Positions 7,554 through 16,774 of a stretch of 64,000 bases of DNA are shown here, in pieces. Source of the DNA: Rhodothermales bacterium (lineage in GTDB: Bacteria; Bacteroidota; Rhodothermia; Rhodothermales; Bin80); assembly GCA_022821875.1 (NCBI GenBank), contig JAJECV010000006.1, positions 98,886-162,885 of the forward strand. The letters are read 5' to 3'. Position 1 is the stretch's first letter. The number at the start of each line of letters is the position of its first letter. Position numbers and translations under genes: made by a program. Below the pieces are notes generated by a model. The model had not been told where the DNA came from. It saw nothing but the letters and a program-made list of their open reading frames with translations, and made no database searches.

Positions 7554-8426
7554 GTGAAGATCATTCGTACAGTTCAAGAAATGCAGGTATACGCGGATAT
7601 GCAGCGTATGCATGGCCGTAAATTAGCATTGGTCCCAACCATGGGCAGCCTGCATAAGGGGCACCTGTCTCTTGTAAAACGTGCGCAGGCGGAAGCAGAT
7701 CATGTTACGGTGTCTATCTTTGTCAATCCGACCCAGTTTGGGCCTAGTGAAGACTTTGAAGCCTATCCGCGCGATTTTCAGAGAGATTGTGCGTTACTGG
7801 AGGAGTTAGGCGGGGTCAGTGCGGTCTTCGCTCCGAGTGAGGCAACGCTCTATCCTTCGGGATCCGACCAGCAGCGTGTATGGATCACTTGTCCGGAAAT
7901 GTCCAGCCAACTGTGCGGCAAATATAGATCGGGGCATTTCAGGGGAGTCCTGACGGTGGTCATGAAACTGTTCGCGGCGTGCAATCCCCATATCGGGGTA
8001 TTCGGTCTTAAGGATATTCAGCAGTTTGTTCTGTTGAAGAAGATGATTGAGGATTTGTCGCTGAACATAAAAATTATTGGAGGCGAGACAGTTCGTGAAG
8101 CGAATGGTCTGGCGTATTCTTCCCGTAATGAGTACCTCACGGCGGAGGAGCGTCATCAGGCAGGGATAATTTCGGAGGCGATCTACTCGGCAGTCCAGAT
8201 GATTGAAGCAGGGGAGAAAAGTCTTGAAACGGTAACCGGCAAAATACATGAGACGATTGGCAGCGTGCCGCAGGCAAAATTACAGTATGCAGAGATTGTC
8301 ACTGCCGGTACACTCCAGCCGGTTGAACAATTCATGCCGGGCATGCAGGTGATTATTGCGCTTGCGGTATATTTCCGGCAGATTCGTCTCATTGATAATG
8401 CTTTTGCTCTTGTTCCGGCGCAGTAG
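7554..8426 (+). CDS. panC: Pantoate--beta-alanine ligase
   Basis: LALVPTMGSLHKGHLSLV (HxGH), with family-typical length and layout. GTG start. Confidence 0.88.
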   Translation: MKIIRTVQEMQVYADMQRMHGRKLALVPTMGSLHKGHLSLVKRAQAEADHVTVSIFVNPTQFGPSEDFEAYPRDFQRDCALLEELGGVSAVFAPSEATLYPSGSDQQRVWITCPEMSSQLCGKYRSGHFRGVLTVVMKLFAACNPHIGVFGLKDIQQFVLLKKMIEDLSLNIKIIGGETVREANGLAYSSRNEYLTAEERHQAGIISEAIYSAVQMIEAGEKSLETVTGKIHETIGSVPQAKLQYAEIVTAGTLQPVEQFMPGMQVIIALAVYFRQIRLIDNAFALVPAQ

Positions 8427-9441
8427 GTTTGCGATCTATGCATGCCTTGGCTGTCTGATTGCGGCCTATCATCCGGCCTATGGCCAGAAAGATACCATGT
8501 ATCCAATTCTGGAGGATGGTCTGTTTGGATTTATCAATAGCAGCGGTGAGGTCATTATTGAACCGAAATATGACGGAGCGAAAACATCTTCCGAAGGGCT
8601 TGCTGCGGTGCGACTTGGTTACTCGTGGGGATTCGTTGATCTACAGGATTCCGTACGTATTGCGCCGCAATTCTCGTCTGTTTTCCCGTTTTCGGACGGT
8701 ATTGCCCGTGTACAGTCTGGGCAGTACTGGACTTTTATTGACAGGAACGGAGAGCGGATTACCGATGAGTATTTCATGTCTGCGTTGGATTTCAGCAGCG
8801 GTTTAGCGCCGGTACGTGTGCGACCGGGCACGGTTGCCGGACTTGAGCCTAAGTGGGGGTTCATTGACCGGGAGGGCCAGATGGTTGTACCGGACCGATT
8901 TGTTCGTGCGCTCCCGTTCTCGGATGGAATGGCCGCCGCTGAGGTCACCCGAAAGGTGATTGTGGTCAGCATTAACACGCGTTGGGGCTTACTTGCCCCG
9001 GACGGTTCATGGATTGTTGAGCCGGAATTTCACTCCATGCGAAACCCATCGGAAGGTCTTGCCCTTGTCCGCAAGGGCCGGCAGCGCGGGTTTATTGATG
9101 CCACCGGGGCCTTTGTGCTGGAACTGGACTATGAACAGGTTTTTTCGTTCAAAGAAAACCGGGCGCGGGTGAATGAAGAGGGTTTATGGGGATTTATTAA
9201 CCGGAAGGGCGAGGTTGTGGTTGCGCCCGGTTACCAGAGAGCGGATGATTTTTCAAATGGTCGTGCACTGGTGTTAACGGGGGACGGATATGGATTTCTG
9301 GATTCAACGGGAACCATGGTGATTCCCCCTCAATACGAGAAGGCCTCTTCCTTTGATCGGGGGCTTGCCTGGGTCACTCTGGACGGGAAGTCAGGATACA
9401 TTGATACGACCGGGATTTTCGTGTGGAGGGAGGACGAGTAG
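8398..9441 (+). CDS. WG-repeat (KWG) containing secreted protein
   Basis: Repeated WGF(I/V)D/N...G...(I/V)...P.(Y/F) units (WGFVD, WTFIDRNGERI, WGFIDREGQMVVPDRF, WGFINRKGEVVVAPGY). N-terminal hydrophobic signal. ATG at 8398 preferred to 8356. Confidence 0.75.
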   Translation: MLLLLFRRSRFAIYACLGCLIAAYHPAYGQKDTMYPILEDGLFGFINSSGEVIIEPKYDGAKTSSEGLAAVRLGYSWGFVDLQDSVRIAPQFSSVFPFSDGIARVQSGQYWTFIDRNGERITDEYFMSALDFSSGLAPVRVRPGTVAGLEPKWGFIDREGQMVVPDRFVRALPFSDGMAAAEVTRKVIVVSINTRWGLLAPDGSWIVEPEFHSMRNPSEGLALVRKGRQRGFIDATGAFVLELDYEQVFSFKENRARVNEEGLWGFINRKGEVVVAPGYQRADDFSNGRALVLTGDGYGFLDSTGTMVIPPQYEKASSFDRGLAWVTLDGKSGYIDTTGIFVWREDE

Positions 9442-9483
9442 GCTCAATCAGAACAGAATATCTTTTCTCTGGCTCACTCAACA

Positions 9484-9516
9484 AAGGCTGGAGCATAACC
9501 CCCGGTGACACAAAAG
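9484..9516. repeat. REP-like hairpin element, copy 1
   Basis: aaggctggagcataacccccggtgacacaaaag. Shares the core GG(A/G)GCATAA-CCCGG(T/C)GACAC with copies at 16508, 16566 and 16677. Confidence 0.6.
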
Positions 9517-9593
9517 ATCAGGTAAGGGAGTGAGCATTGGGCTGTCTTGTTCCCCTCACAGTCTCGGAAACGTATCGTTGTAACCGGTCCGTC

Positions 9594-10640
9594 TCACCGT
9601 TCGTTACGATTCTGCATGACAGTGTCCACAAACTCCAATACCGCTGAGCATGTTTTTTCCCATTCTTTACTATTCTTGAAGGACAGCGAGTGGCCGCCGT
9701 GCGGCCACTCGCTGAGATCGACTGACTCACCAAGTCGGCCAAGCGCATCGTCTCCGCCCAACTGCTCGGCTTGCGGCAGGATGCTCACGCTATAGATGCC
9801 TTCCCCGAGGTAACCGGCCTGTACGCCGAAATAGCCTTTCCAACTCTTTGAACCATTGGGCCCCGGATCCATAAACCGGAAGCTGATCCCTGTTTTGCCT
9901 ATCTGTTCCCATGGGCCCTGCTGTGGTAGACGCTCTCGAATGTCGTTGCGTATACGATCAAAGAACTGTTCGTAGCTGTGCTCTTTCAAGTAGTGTCGCA
10001 AGGCTTGGCGTTGCTCAGCCGCAGTGACGGAACGAGGACGTATCTGGTTTTCGCCATCTGGACTTACCTCTATTTGTCGAGCCAACAAGGTCTCGCCACC
10101 CCGACGGAACCCATGAAAGGTGATGACCGAGAGTTCAACTGCCCCTGCTGACACGAATTGCGCCATTCGTTCGGTGGCTTCATCCATGCCAAAACCGATC
10201 AAGGTCATCCGCGGCGGTAACAAGCGGGACAGATCATCATCTTCGAACGTGTCGGCGTACCATTGTTCGAAGTTCTCAATTCGCGGAATACCAGCTTCCC
10301 CCGAGCGATTCGAGATGTGTTTGGCAACTTGTGCCGGGGTCATGGAATTCAGTGCCGAAGCATAATCCAGGATCTGCGTCACGGCATCCCGTGCGAGGTT
10401 GCCGCGCTTTAATTCGTAGACTACCAGACGTCCGTCGCCGTCAACCGCAAGCAAATCCAACCATCCTCCAGCGGTTGGTGTCTGTCGCCCAACCAACTGT
10501 AGCCCAGGCTCAAGCATTTCTGGATTGGAAACCAGAACGTTCTCAAACTCCCATTCGGTAGGCATCTGTGAGATCTTTGGAACGAATTCGATTCTGTTTG
10601 ATCCGTCTACAGCCCACAACTTGAGTTCCCGAATCATCAC
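9594..10640 (-). CDS. NucS/DUF91-like PD-(D/E)xK nuclease-domain protein with a ~200-aa C-terminal extension
   Basis: EWEFENVLVSNPEMLEPGLQLVGRQ...GGWLDLLAVDGDGRLVVYELKRG is the DUF91/NucS C-domain pattern (D...E-x-K). Confidence 0.6.
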   Translation of the reverse strand: MMIRELKLWAVDGSNRIEFVPKISQMPTEWEFENVLVSNPEMLEPGLQLVGRQTPTAGGWLDLLAVDGDGRLVVYELKRGNLARDAVTQILDYASALNSMTPAQVAKHISNRSGEAGIPRIENFEQWYADTFEDDDLSRLLPPRMTLIGFGMDEATERMAQFVSAGAVELSVITFHGFRRGGETLLARQIEVSPDGENQIRPRSVTAAEQRQALRHYLKEHSYEQFFDRIRNDIRERLPQQGPWEQIGKTGISFRFMDPGPNGSKSWKGYFGVQAGYLGEGIYSVSILPQAEQLGGDDALGRLGESVDLSEWPHGGHSLSFKNSKEWEKTCSAVLEFVDTVMQNRNER

Positions 10641-10992
10641 TTGGTAAATTGCTGATAAAGTACTCGTTTCGGTGTCGTGTCTCCAATAATATCAATCATA
10701 CCCATACTGACTCTCTTTGCCATCGGTTTAAGGATCAAGTGCCACAATATACTTCACTCGTCTGAAAAGATCAGTTGCACCTCCATCAAACTGTACAACC
10801 ATAGTGTCAACACACAATTTTTAGAGCCACTAATTCAGTGATCACATAGCCTCGGAGGGGGTTTTGAAATTCATTGCTTAATCTAAGCCGCCAACGTTGC
10901 CAGGTTGAAAATCGCCTGATCATGGGTCCATCGGGAGTGGAACCTTTAAAAAGGTACTATGGTATAAAAATTTATAAAGTTAGGTATCTTTT

Positions 10993-12273
10993 ATGCAAAA
11001 CTTCCATCGAACACATGTCGAACGATTGATAGAATTTATTTCAGGTACCTCCGACATGCGGCTTATCGCCATTATTGGTCCTCGTCAGGTTGGCAAAACG
11101 ACCATTGCGCTTCAGGCCCGACAGAAGCTGGTTGAAGCAGGGTTTACATGTCAGTACATTGCCATCGACAATCCACATCTAAATCAGTCGGACTGGCCTG
11201 GAGATGCAGGCATCTCTGATACCACGCTGATTGAGAAATTTGCGAATCCCAAGACTCTTGTGAACATATGGGAGAGTGCCCGCAAGGCTTCGCTAAAGTC
11301 TCCCCGGGGGCATATTTTGTTTCTGGATGAAGTTCAACTCATTCCACAGTGGTCAAATTATGTGAAGGGGCTGTGGGACAGAGACCGTATGGACGGCTAT
11401 CCCCTCCGTGTGGTAATCCTGGGATCAGCAGTCTGGCAGATGCTTATTGGCCGTAACGAGAGTCTCACAGGTCATTTCCGCGAATTACCCGTCAGTCACT
11501 GGTCATTTAAAGAAATGACCAAGGTATTCGGTCTGACGGCGGAGCAATTTATGTTTTATGGCGGTTATCCTGCCTCCCTGCCCGACGAATCGGAAACATC
11601 GCCGTTTGATTATTGGCGTGACTATATTGCAAAAACCATTGTGGACTCGGTGATTGGTCGGGACATATTGGGTTTGAAACAGATCAAGAAACCTGCCTTG
11701 ATGCGCCAATTAATTGACATCGCCCCCCGCTACTCTGGCCGAATCATGGCATACAATAAGTTCTTGGGGCTACTTCAAGATAAGGGCAATGCAACGACGG
11801 TTAAACATTACCTGAACCTGCTTTCTAATGCAGGCCTGATTACTACGTTGTCGAGATACACTCCAATGCCACATCTGGGCATCGCCTCACGCCCCAAGTT
11901 TAATGTTCTGAACACGGCACTGATGACGGCACTGTCCGGTTATTCGTTTGAGGAGATACAAATTGACCGGTCTTTTTGGGGCCGTGTTGTAGAGAGTGCA
12001 GTGGGGGCCCATCTATGTAACACGCGGAATACGGCTACCGACATTCATTATTGGCGTGACAAGAATGGCGATTATGAGGTTGATTTTGTCATCTCACGCG
12101 GCCCCCATCTTGTCGGCGTGGAGGTTAAGAGCGGCAAGCAGCAGACACACCGTGGATTAGAGGCATTCAAGGATCGTTTTCCGCATGCCAAAACAATGAT
12201 CGTGGGTCCAGGTGGCTTTCCGTTCCATGAGTTTTTGTCGTTGAATACCGACGAGTGGATTGAATATCTGTGA
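10993..12273 (+). CDS. AAA+ ATPase with DUF4143 C-terminal domain (COG1373-like)
   Basis: Walker A GPRQVGKTT, Walker B ILFLDEVQ, and a C-terminal DIHYWRDKNGDYEVDFVI...VGVEVKSG nuclease-like fold typical of DUF4143. Confidence 0.75.
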   Translation: MQNFHRTHVERLIEFISGTSDMRLIAIIGPRQVGKTTIALQARQKLVEAGFTCQYIAIDNPHLNQSDWPGDAGISDTTLIEKFANPKTLVNIWESARKASLKSPRGHILFLDEVQLIPQWSNYVKGLWDRDRMDGYPLRVVILGSAVWQMLIGRNESLTGHFRELPVSHWSFKEMTKVFGLTAEQFMFYGGYPASLPDESETSPFDYWRDYIAKTIVDSVIGRDILGLKQIKKPALMRQLIDIAPRYSGRIMAYNKFLGLLQDKGNATTVKHYLNLLSNAGLITTLSRYTPMPHLGIASRPKFNVLNTALMTALSGYSFEEIQIDRSFWGRVVESAVGAHLCNTRNTATDIHYWRDKNGDYEVDFVISRGPHLVGVEVKSGKQQTHRGLEAFKDRFPHAKTMIVGPGGFPFHEFLSLNTDEWIEYL

Positions 12274-15200
12274 ATCCAACCATGCAGCGTATCTCTCGTA
12301 CGGTCACACTCATTGAACCCCAGAATGATCCGCGTTTTGGGAAAGCTGGACTGTCATTGCAGGACTTTGATTGTGATCATGGGTATGTTCTTCTGGGGGA
12401 GCCGGGAATGGGCAAGAGCACAGAGTTTGAATCTGCAATTGATGGATTTGATGGTAGACATTGTATTTCGGCCCGAAGATTTATCCGGGCCGATTTTGAT
12501 CGTCACCCGGAATGGCGAACCAAAACAATTTTCATTGACGGGCTTGATGAAATGCGTGTTGGTGGGGGAGACCCAAGAGCAGTGCTGGACGAGATCATTC
12601 GTGGTCTGGAAGCATTGGGAACCCCCAAATTCCGGCTGTCCTGCCGCTCTGCCAACTGGTTGGGGGCTGGTGACCGGAATGAGCTCGGTTCGCTTTTAGA
12701 CCCAGACAAAATTCCAGTACTCCAATTGGACCCGCTGAACTATGAGGACATTCGGGAGATCGTTTCTCAACGGGGGCAGGATGCAAACACGTTCATTCCG
12801 CAAGCCCATGAGTACGGTATGGATGCCTTACTCGGGAATCCGCAACTGCTTGACTTCCTGATCACATCCGTCAAGGCAAAGGGCTGGCCTGACAGCCAGT
12901 TGAAAATGCTTGAAAACGCCTGTCGGGAGCTCGTCCGAGAAAAAAACATTGAGCATCTTGATGCCCAATCATCCAGTTCACTGCAACCCCGGGAAGCAAT
13001 CTTAACTGCAGCCGGAAAGCTTTGTGCGTGCATGCTGATCGCAAACAGGACTGGTTGGGCGGGCAGTGATACGGATGACTCCGAGATTCTATCTATCCGT
13101 GATTTGGAAGGCGACCAAGGTTTCCCCATCCAGGCAGCATTTGATTCAGGGATCTTTGAAGGTTCGCCCAGTTTCAAAGTTCCGATCCATCGACTTATCG
13201 CCGAATTCCTTGGTGCACGCTATTTGCACAAAAAAATCCAGAGAGGCCTAAGCGTCCGGCGTGCTCTCTCCCTTCTCATGGAACACAATGGAATTCTTTT
13301 GCCCGATCTAAGGGGACTGGCTGCCTGGCTCGCTGCATTCAATGAGCAGGCAAGAGCAATTCTGATACAGATCGCTCCAATGACGGTGGCTTTCCATGGA
13401 GATGCCAGCGGTTTCAGTCCTATTGAGCGAAATAAATTACTCGCGAAACTGGAACAACAAATCCATTTGAACTCCGACTGGCCTTCCGCTGCTGCCCTTC
13501 GTGCTTTAACCGGCAAAGAAGGCATACCAATTATCCAGGATTTAACGAATTCGCCTGAACGTTCACAAAACAGGCAAACGCTGGTTTATTTGCTCCTTCG
13601 GGGATGCTCACAATTGTATCTTGATACGAGCATGTCAGACTGGGCGACCGATCACCAAAGCCTGCTGAATATTGTTCGTGATCACAGTTGGCAATCAAGT
13701 GTTCGTTGCGAGGCACTCGGAGCTTTGAGCCGGATATCTCATCAGATTCCGCAGTGTAGCAATCTATTGAGAGATCTCCTTGAGGATGTGCAGGAAAAAC
13801 GTATATCGGACGAAGAACACGATCTGCGGGGCACATTACTTCATCTTATCTATCCTGACGGGCTACATCCTGAGGAGATATGGGATTACCTCGTGGCGGG
13901 GCCGGTGACTGCTTATTTGGGCGGTTATCGAAACTTTTTTTCAAGCCTCGTTGAGCGATCAAATGAGGGTCAGATCAGAGAATTACTCGACTCTCTTTGC
14001 AATCGCGCTCCCGAAGCCATTCCAAAATTAGAGGATCAAAAACTTGCAGATGTTATTTTCCGGATTCTTGCAAGGGGGTTGGAATTATTTGGAGATGAGT
14101 TGAGCATATCCGAGTTGTACCGATGGTTTACACTGGTTGAATTCTACCATAATTCGTTACAACTTTCCTCAGTTCACACTTCAAACTCAAGTTTTAGCCA
14201 GCACGATGAAGCGGACAGTACAATCCGTAATTGGCTGAATCAGCATAAGCGTATCCAGTACAGTCTTATTGAACATGGTCTATCCATTGAAGAAGCGAGC
14301 ATTGGGAGCAAAGTTCTTATTGAAACTATAGGATGCAAATTCGTGGGCAGGAATGCACCAGAAGGATTTCGATTGTGGTGTCTTGAGCGTGCGGTACAGC
14401 TCTGGGTCTCAAATCAAACTGTGGCAAGAGAACTCGCATCATGGTCCGTCTCTAATCTGATGCAAGTGGGCGGGGAGCCGCCCCTCTCGGATAAGGAGGT
14501 CAGTTCCGTAGTGTCTGGTACGCCTGGGTTGGTCCAGTGGAATGATCAACGCCTGAAGGAAAGGGCGAAGTCTGAACTTGAGTTCAGTGAGATCAGGAAG
14601 AAACAGAAGGAAATCCGAAGTGTCCATCAAAAAGAAAAGCAGGAAAAACTTAAAACCCTTCGCCAACAACAGACCATGTTGGCAAAGGGGCAGTGCATGC
14701 CTGTAATTCTTGATGAACTTGCCCATGTTTACTTTGATAACCCTGACACAAATGAAAGTAATCCAGAGACTTGCCTGCAGTCATATTTTGAAGGTGATGA
14801 GAAGCTCGTAGAGGCAACGCTGGATGGGTTTCGCAGCCTGCTGGGCCGGGATGATCTCCCGGATCTTGGTCAAATTGCCCAGCTCTATGAAGATGGCAAG
14901 CGATCCTATTTTGCACTCCCTTTTCTTGCAGGAATGGAAGAGGCATACAAGGCGAATAAGAATCTGAGCCATCTCTCCGAAACGGGGATTCGGCGGGCAC
15001 TGGGATTTTATCTGACTACAGAATCTCCTCGTCAGCACTACTATCATTTAATCAATTATATGGGCGGTGACAGCACATCTCCCGCATGGTATAAGCAGGC
15101 ATTAGAGCACTATCCAGAGGCTGTGGCTGATTCATTGGTTTATGTGCACAACGCAACGGTCCGCTCCAAAAATCCGCCGAATTCCGAAATGTACAAGATG

Positions 15201-16508
15201 GTCGATGATTCAGCCTATGATCATGTGGCAAAACTTGCGGTGCCCCGAATGTTTACGGTATTTCCTTCCCGATGCAGTGCCCGTAAACTGGAATCTCTAA
15301 GTTTGGTCCTTTGGAGTGCGATTCGGAACAACGGAATGTCTAAAAAGGAATTGCGGAGTATTATTTCAAAGCGACTCAATCGCAAACGGATGGACGTAGG
15401 TCAGCAGGCCCAATGGCTGGGTGCAGGATTGTTTGCGGACAGGAAGATCTATATTCCAATGCTGATCGACTTTCTCTCTGCCGGAGAGGAAATTCGCATG
15501 CACCATGTTATTCATTTTCTCGTTCCTACGAACTGTAAACTGCTTACTCCGCAAAACATCAATGAATGGACTTCTGACGAGATTCGCCAACTTATCCAAA
15601 CATTCGGCAGACGAATGGATCCACCTATTTCTCAAGAACGTGCAGGTATTGTTAGGGGCGAGCAGAGAATCAGAATGGGATTTCAGTTTCTCCTCACACA
15701 CTGGCTCGGAGAACTAAAAAAGCGCATCTGTGATGAGGCAAGGAAGAATCTGGACATATTGGCATCCGATTCTGATCTATCGATATGGGAGCGAGAGATT
15801 GTACTCGCTCAGGAAGAACAAGCTAGACATCGTCGAGCGGCAAAGCATTCGGATCTAAGCTTAGAGAAAATTCAGAAAACCCTGAATTGTGGCTTCCCGG
15901 CAAATGCTGCCGATCTTGTCAGTCTAACGCTTGATGCCCTTGAAAAGTTAGCAGGCGATATACGTAATGGTCCAGCCAGTGCATGGCATCAATACTGGGA
16001 CTGGGATCGGAAGCCTCGTAGGCCCTCACAACCAAAACCCGAAAACGATTGCAGAGATGTATTACTTTCCGGCTTGGCAACGATACTTGAAGGGTATCGG
16101 GTTGATGTACAGCCGGAGGGGCGGTACGCAGATGAACGAAGGGCGGATATCCGAATATCGTACGGCTCCAATCTAGCGGTCCCGATTGAAATCAAGAGAA
16201 ATTTAAGCATAGATTTGTGGCGCGGCATCTCTGAGCAACTTGTACCAAAATACACACGAGATCCAAAGTCTCATGGCTATGGAATTTATCTGGTGTTCTG
16301 GTTTGGAGCAGACTACATGAAGGTTGGGGCCCCAGATGGAGGCATCCCCGAAGAAGCAATAGAACTAAAGGATTCACTGGAAAAGCGGCTTGATCCAGAA
16401 CTCCGCAAAAGAATTCATGTCGCGATCATTGATGTGGCTCCGTCTGGCAGATTTGCGGAGAGTCAGTCATCAAAGGATTGCCAGTCTCAGACAAAACTGG
16501 GGGTATAG
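12270..16508 (+). CDS. 1412-aa STAND-like P-loop NTPase with a long helical region and a C-terminal PD-(D/E)xK-like module
   Basis: Walker A GEPGMGKST (12396-12422) and Walker B IFIDGLDE. C-terminal RADIRISYGSNLAVPIEIKRN (about 16140-16200). The GTG start overlaps the stop of the upstream ATPase (GTGA); an alternative ATG is at 12282. Confidence 0.65.
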   Translation: MNPTMQRISRTVTLIEPQNDPRFGKAGLSLQDFDCDHGYVLLGEPGMGKSTEFESAIDGFDGRHCISARRFIRADFDRHPEWRTKTIFIDGLDEMRVGGGDPRAVLDEIIRGLEALGTPKFRLSCRSANWLGAGDRNELGSLLDPDKIPVLQLDPLNYEDIREIVSQRGQDANTFIPQAHEYGMDALLGNPQLLDFLITSVKAKGWPDSQLKMLENACRELVREKNIEHLDAQSSSSLQPREAILTAAGKLCACMLIANRTGWAGSDTDDSEILSIRDLEGDQGFPIQAAFDSGIFEGSPSFKVPIHRLIAEFLGARYLHKKIQRGLSVRRALSLLMEHNGILLPDLRGLAAWLAAFNEQARAILIQIAPMTVAFHGDASGFSPIERNKLLAKLEQQIHLNSDWPSAAALRALTGKEGIPIIQDLTNSPERSQNRQTLVYLLLRGCSQLYLDTSMSDWATDHQSLLNIVRDHSWQSSVRCEALGALSRISHQIPQCSNLLRDLLEDVQEKRISDEEHDLRGTLLHLIYPDGLHPEEIWDYLVAGPVTAYLGGYRNFFSSLVERSNEGQIRELLDSLCNRAPEAIPKLEDQKLADVIFRILARGLELFGDELSISELYRWFTLVEFYHNSLQLSSVHTSNSSFSQHDEADSTIRNWLNQHKRIQYSLIEHGLSIEEASIGSKVLIETIGCKFVGRNAPEGFRLWCLERAVQLWVSNQTVARELASWSVSNLMQVGGEPPLSDKEVSSVVSGTPGLVQWNDQRLKERAKSELEFSEIRKKQKEIRSVHQKEKQEKLKTLRQQQTMLAKGQCMPVILDELAHVYFDNPDTNESNPETCLQSYFEGDEKLVEATLDGFRSLLGRDDLPDLGQIAQLYEDGKRSYFALPFLAGMEEAYKANKNLSHLSETGIRRALGFYLTTESPRQHYYHLINYMGGDSTSPAWYKQALEHYPEAVADSLVYVHNATVRSKNPPNSEMYKMVDDSAYDHVAKLAVPRMFTVFPSRCSARKLESLSLVLWSAIRNNGMSKKELRSIISKRLNRKRMDVGQQAQWLGAGLFADRKIYIPMLIDFLSAGEEIRMHHVIHFLVPTNCKLLTPQNINEWTSDEIRQLIQTFGRRMDPPISQERAGIVRGEQRIRMGFQFLLTHWLGELKKRICDEARKNLDILASDSDLSIWEREIVLAQEEQARHRRAAKHSDLSLEKIQKTLNCGFPANAADLVSLTLDALEKLAGDIRNGPASAWHQYWDWDRKPRRPSQPKPENDCRDVLLSGLATILEGYRVDVQPEGRYADERRADIRISYGSNLAVPIEIKRNLSIDLWRGISEQLVPKYTRDPKSHGYGIYLVFWFGADYMKVGAPDGGIPEEAIELKDSLEKRLDPELRKRIHVAIIDVAPSGRFAESQSSKDCQSQTKLGV

Positions 16509-16526
16509 GCCCCGGCGACACTAAGC
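16508..16526. repeat. REP-like element, truncated copy 2
   Basis: ggccccggcgacactaagc. Overlaps the stop codon of the 1412-aa gene. Confidence 0.5.
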
Positions 16527-16565
16527 ATTGACTAAAGCAATCCAAAAGGGATAAACACGCTCAAC

Positions 16566-16607
16566 GAAGGCCGGGGCATAAACACCCCAGCGGCGTTTAT
16601 TCTAAGG
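16566..16607. repeat. REP-like hairpin element, copy 3
   Basis: gaaggccggggcataaacaccccagcggcgtttattctaagg, with stem GGGG-cataaaca-CCCC. Confidence 0.55.
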
Positions 16608-16676
16608 TGTAGCCAATCGGTTCAATGTCTTGGTGAGTCTGGTGTGTATTCAGGTGAATGATGGCGTTCGCTCACC

Positions 16677-16711
16677 GAAAGCCAGGGCATAAATCCCGGC
16701 GACACTTAGGG
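16677..16711. repeat. REP-like hairpin element, copy 4
   Basis: gaaagccagggcataaatcccggcgacacttaggg, with stem GCC(A)GGG-cataaat-CCCGGC. Confidence 0.6.
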
Positions 16712-16774
16712 AAAAATAGTTGCATATGTCAAAAAAATGCTCGATGTCTGATATCAGAATAACAGGATCAGAAT

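Noticed and set aside
6912-7613. 233-aa minus-strand ORF.
   Set aside because: It is antisense to tnpB and to the panC start, with no motifs. tnpB and panC are strongly supported.
16509-16774. Degenerate CRISPR array or leader in the 266-nt spacer downstream of the cas operon.
   Set aside because: The repeated motif copies are irregularly spaced (about 60 and 110 nt), differ in length, and have a fourth copy at 9484 far from the cas genes. They look like REP/terminator hairpins.
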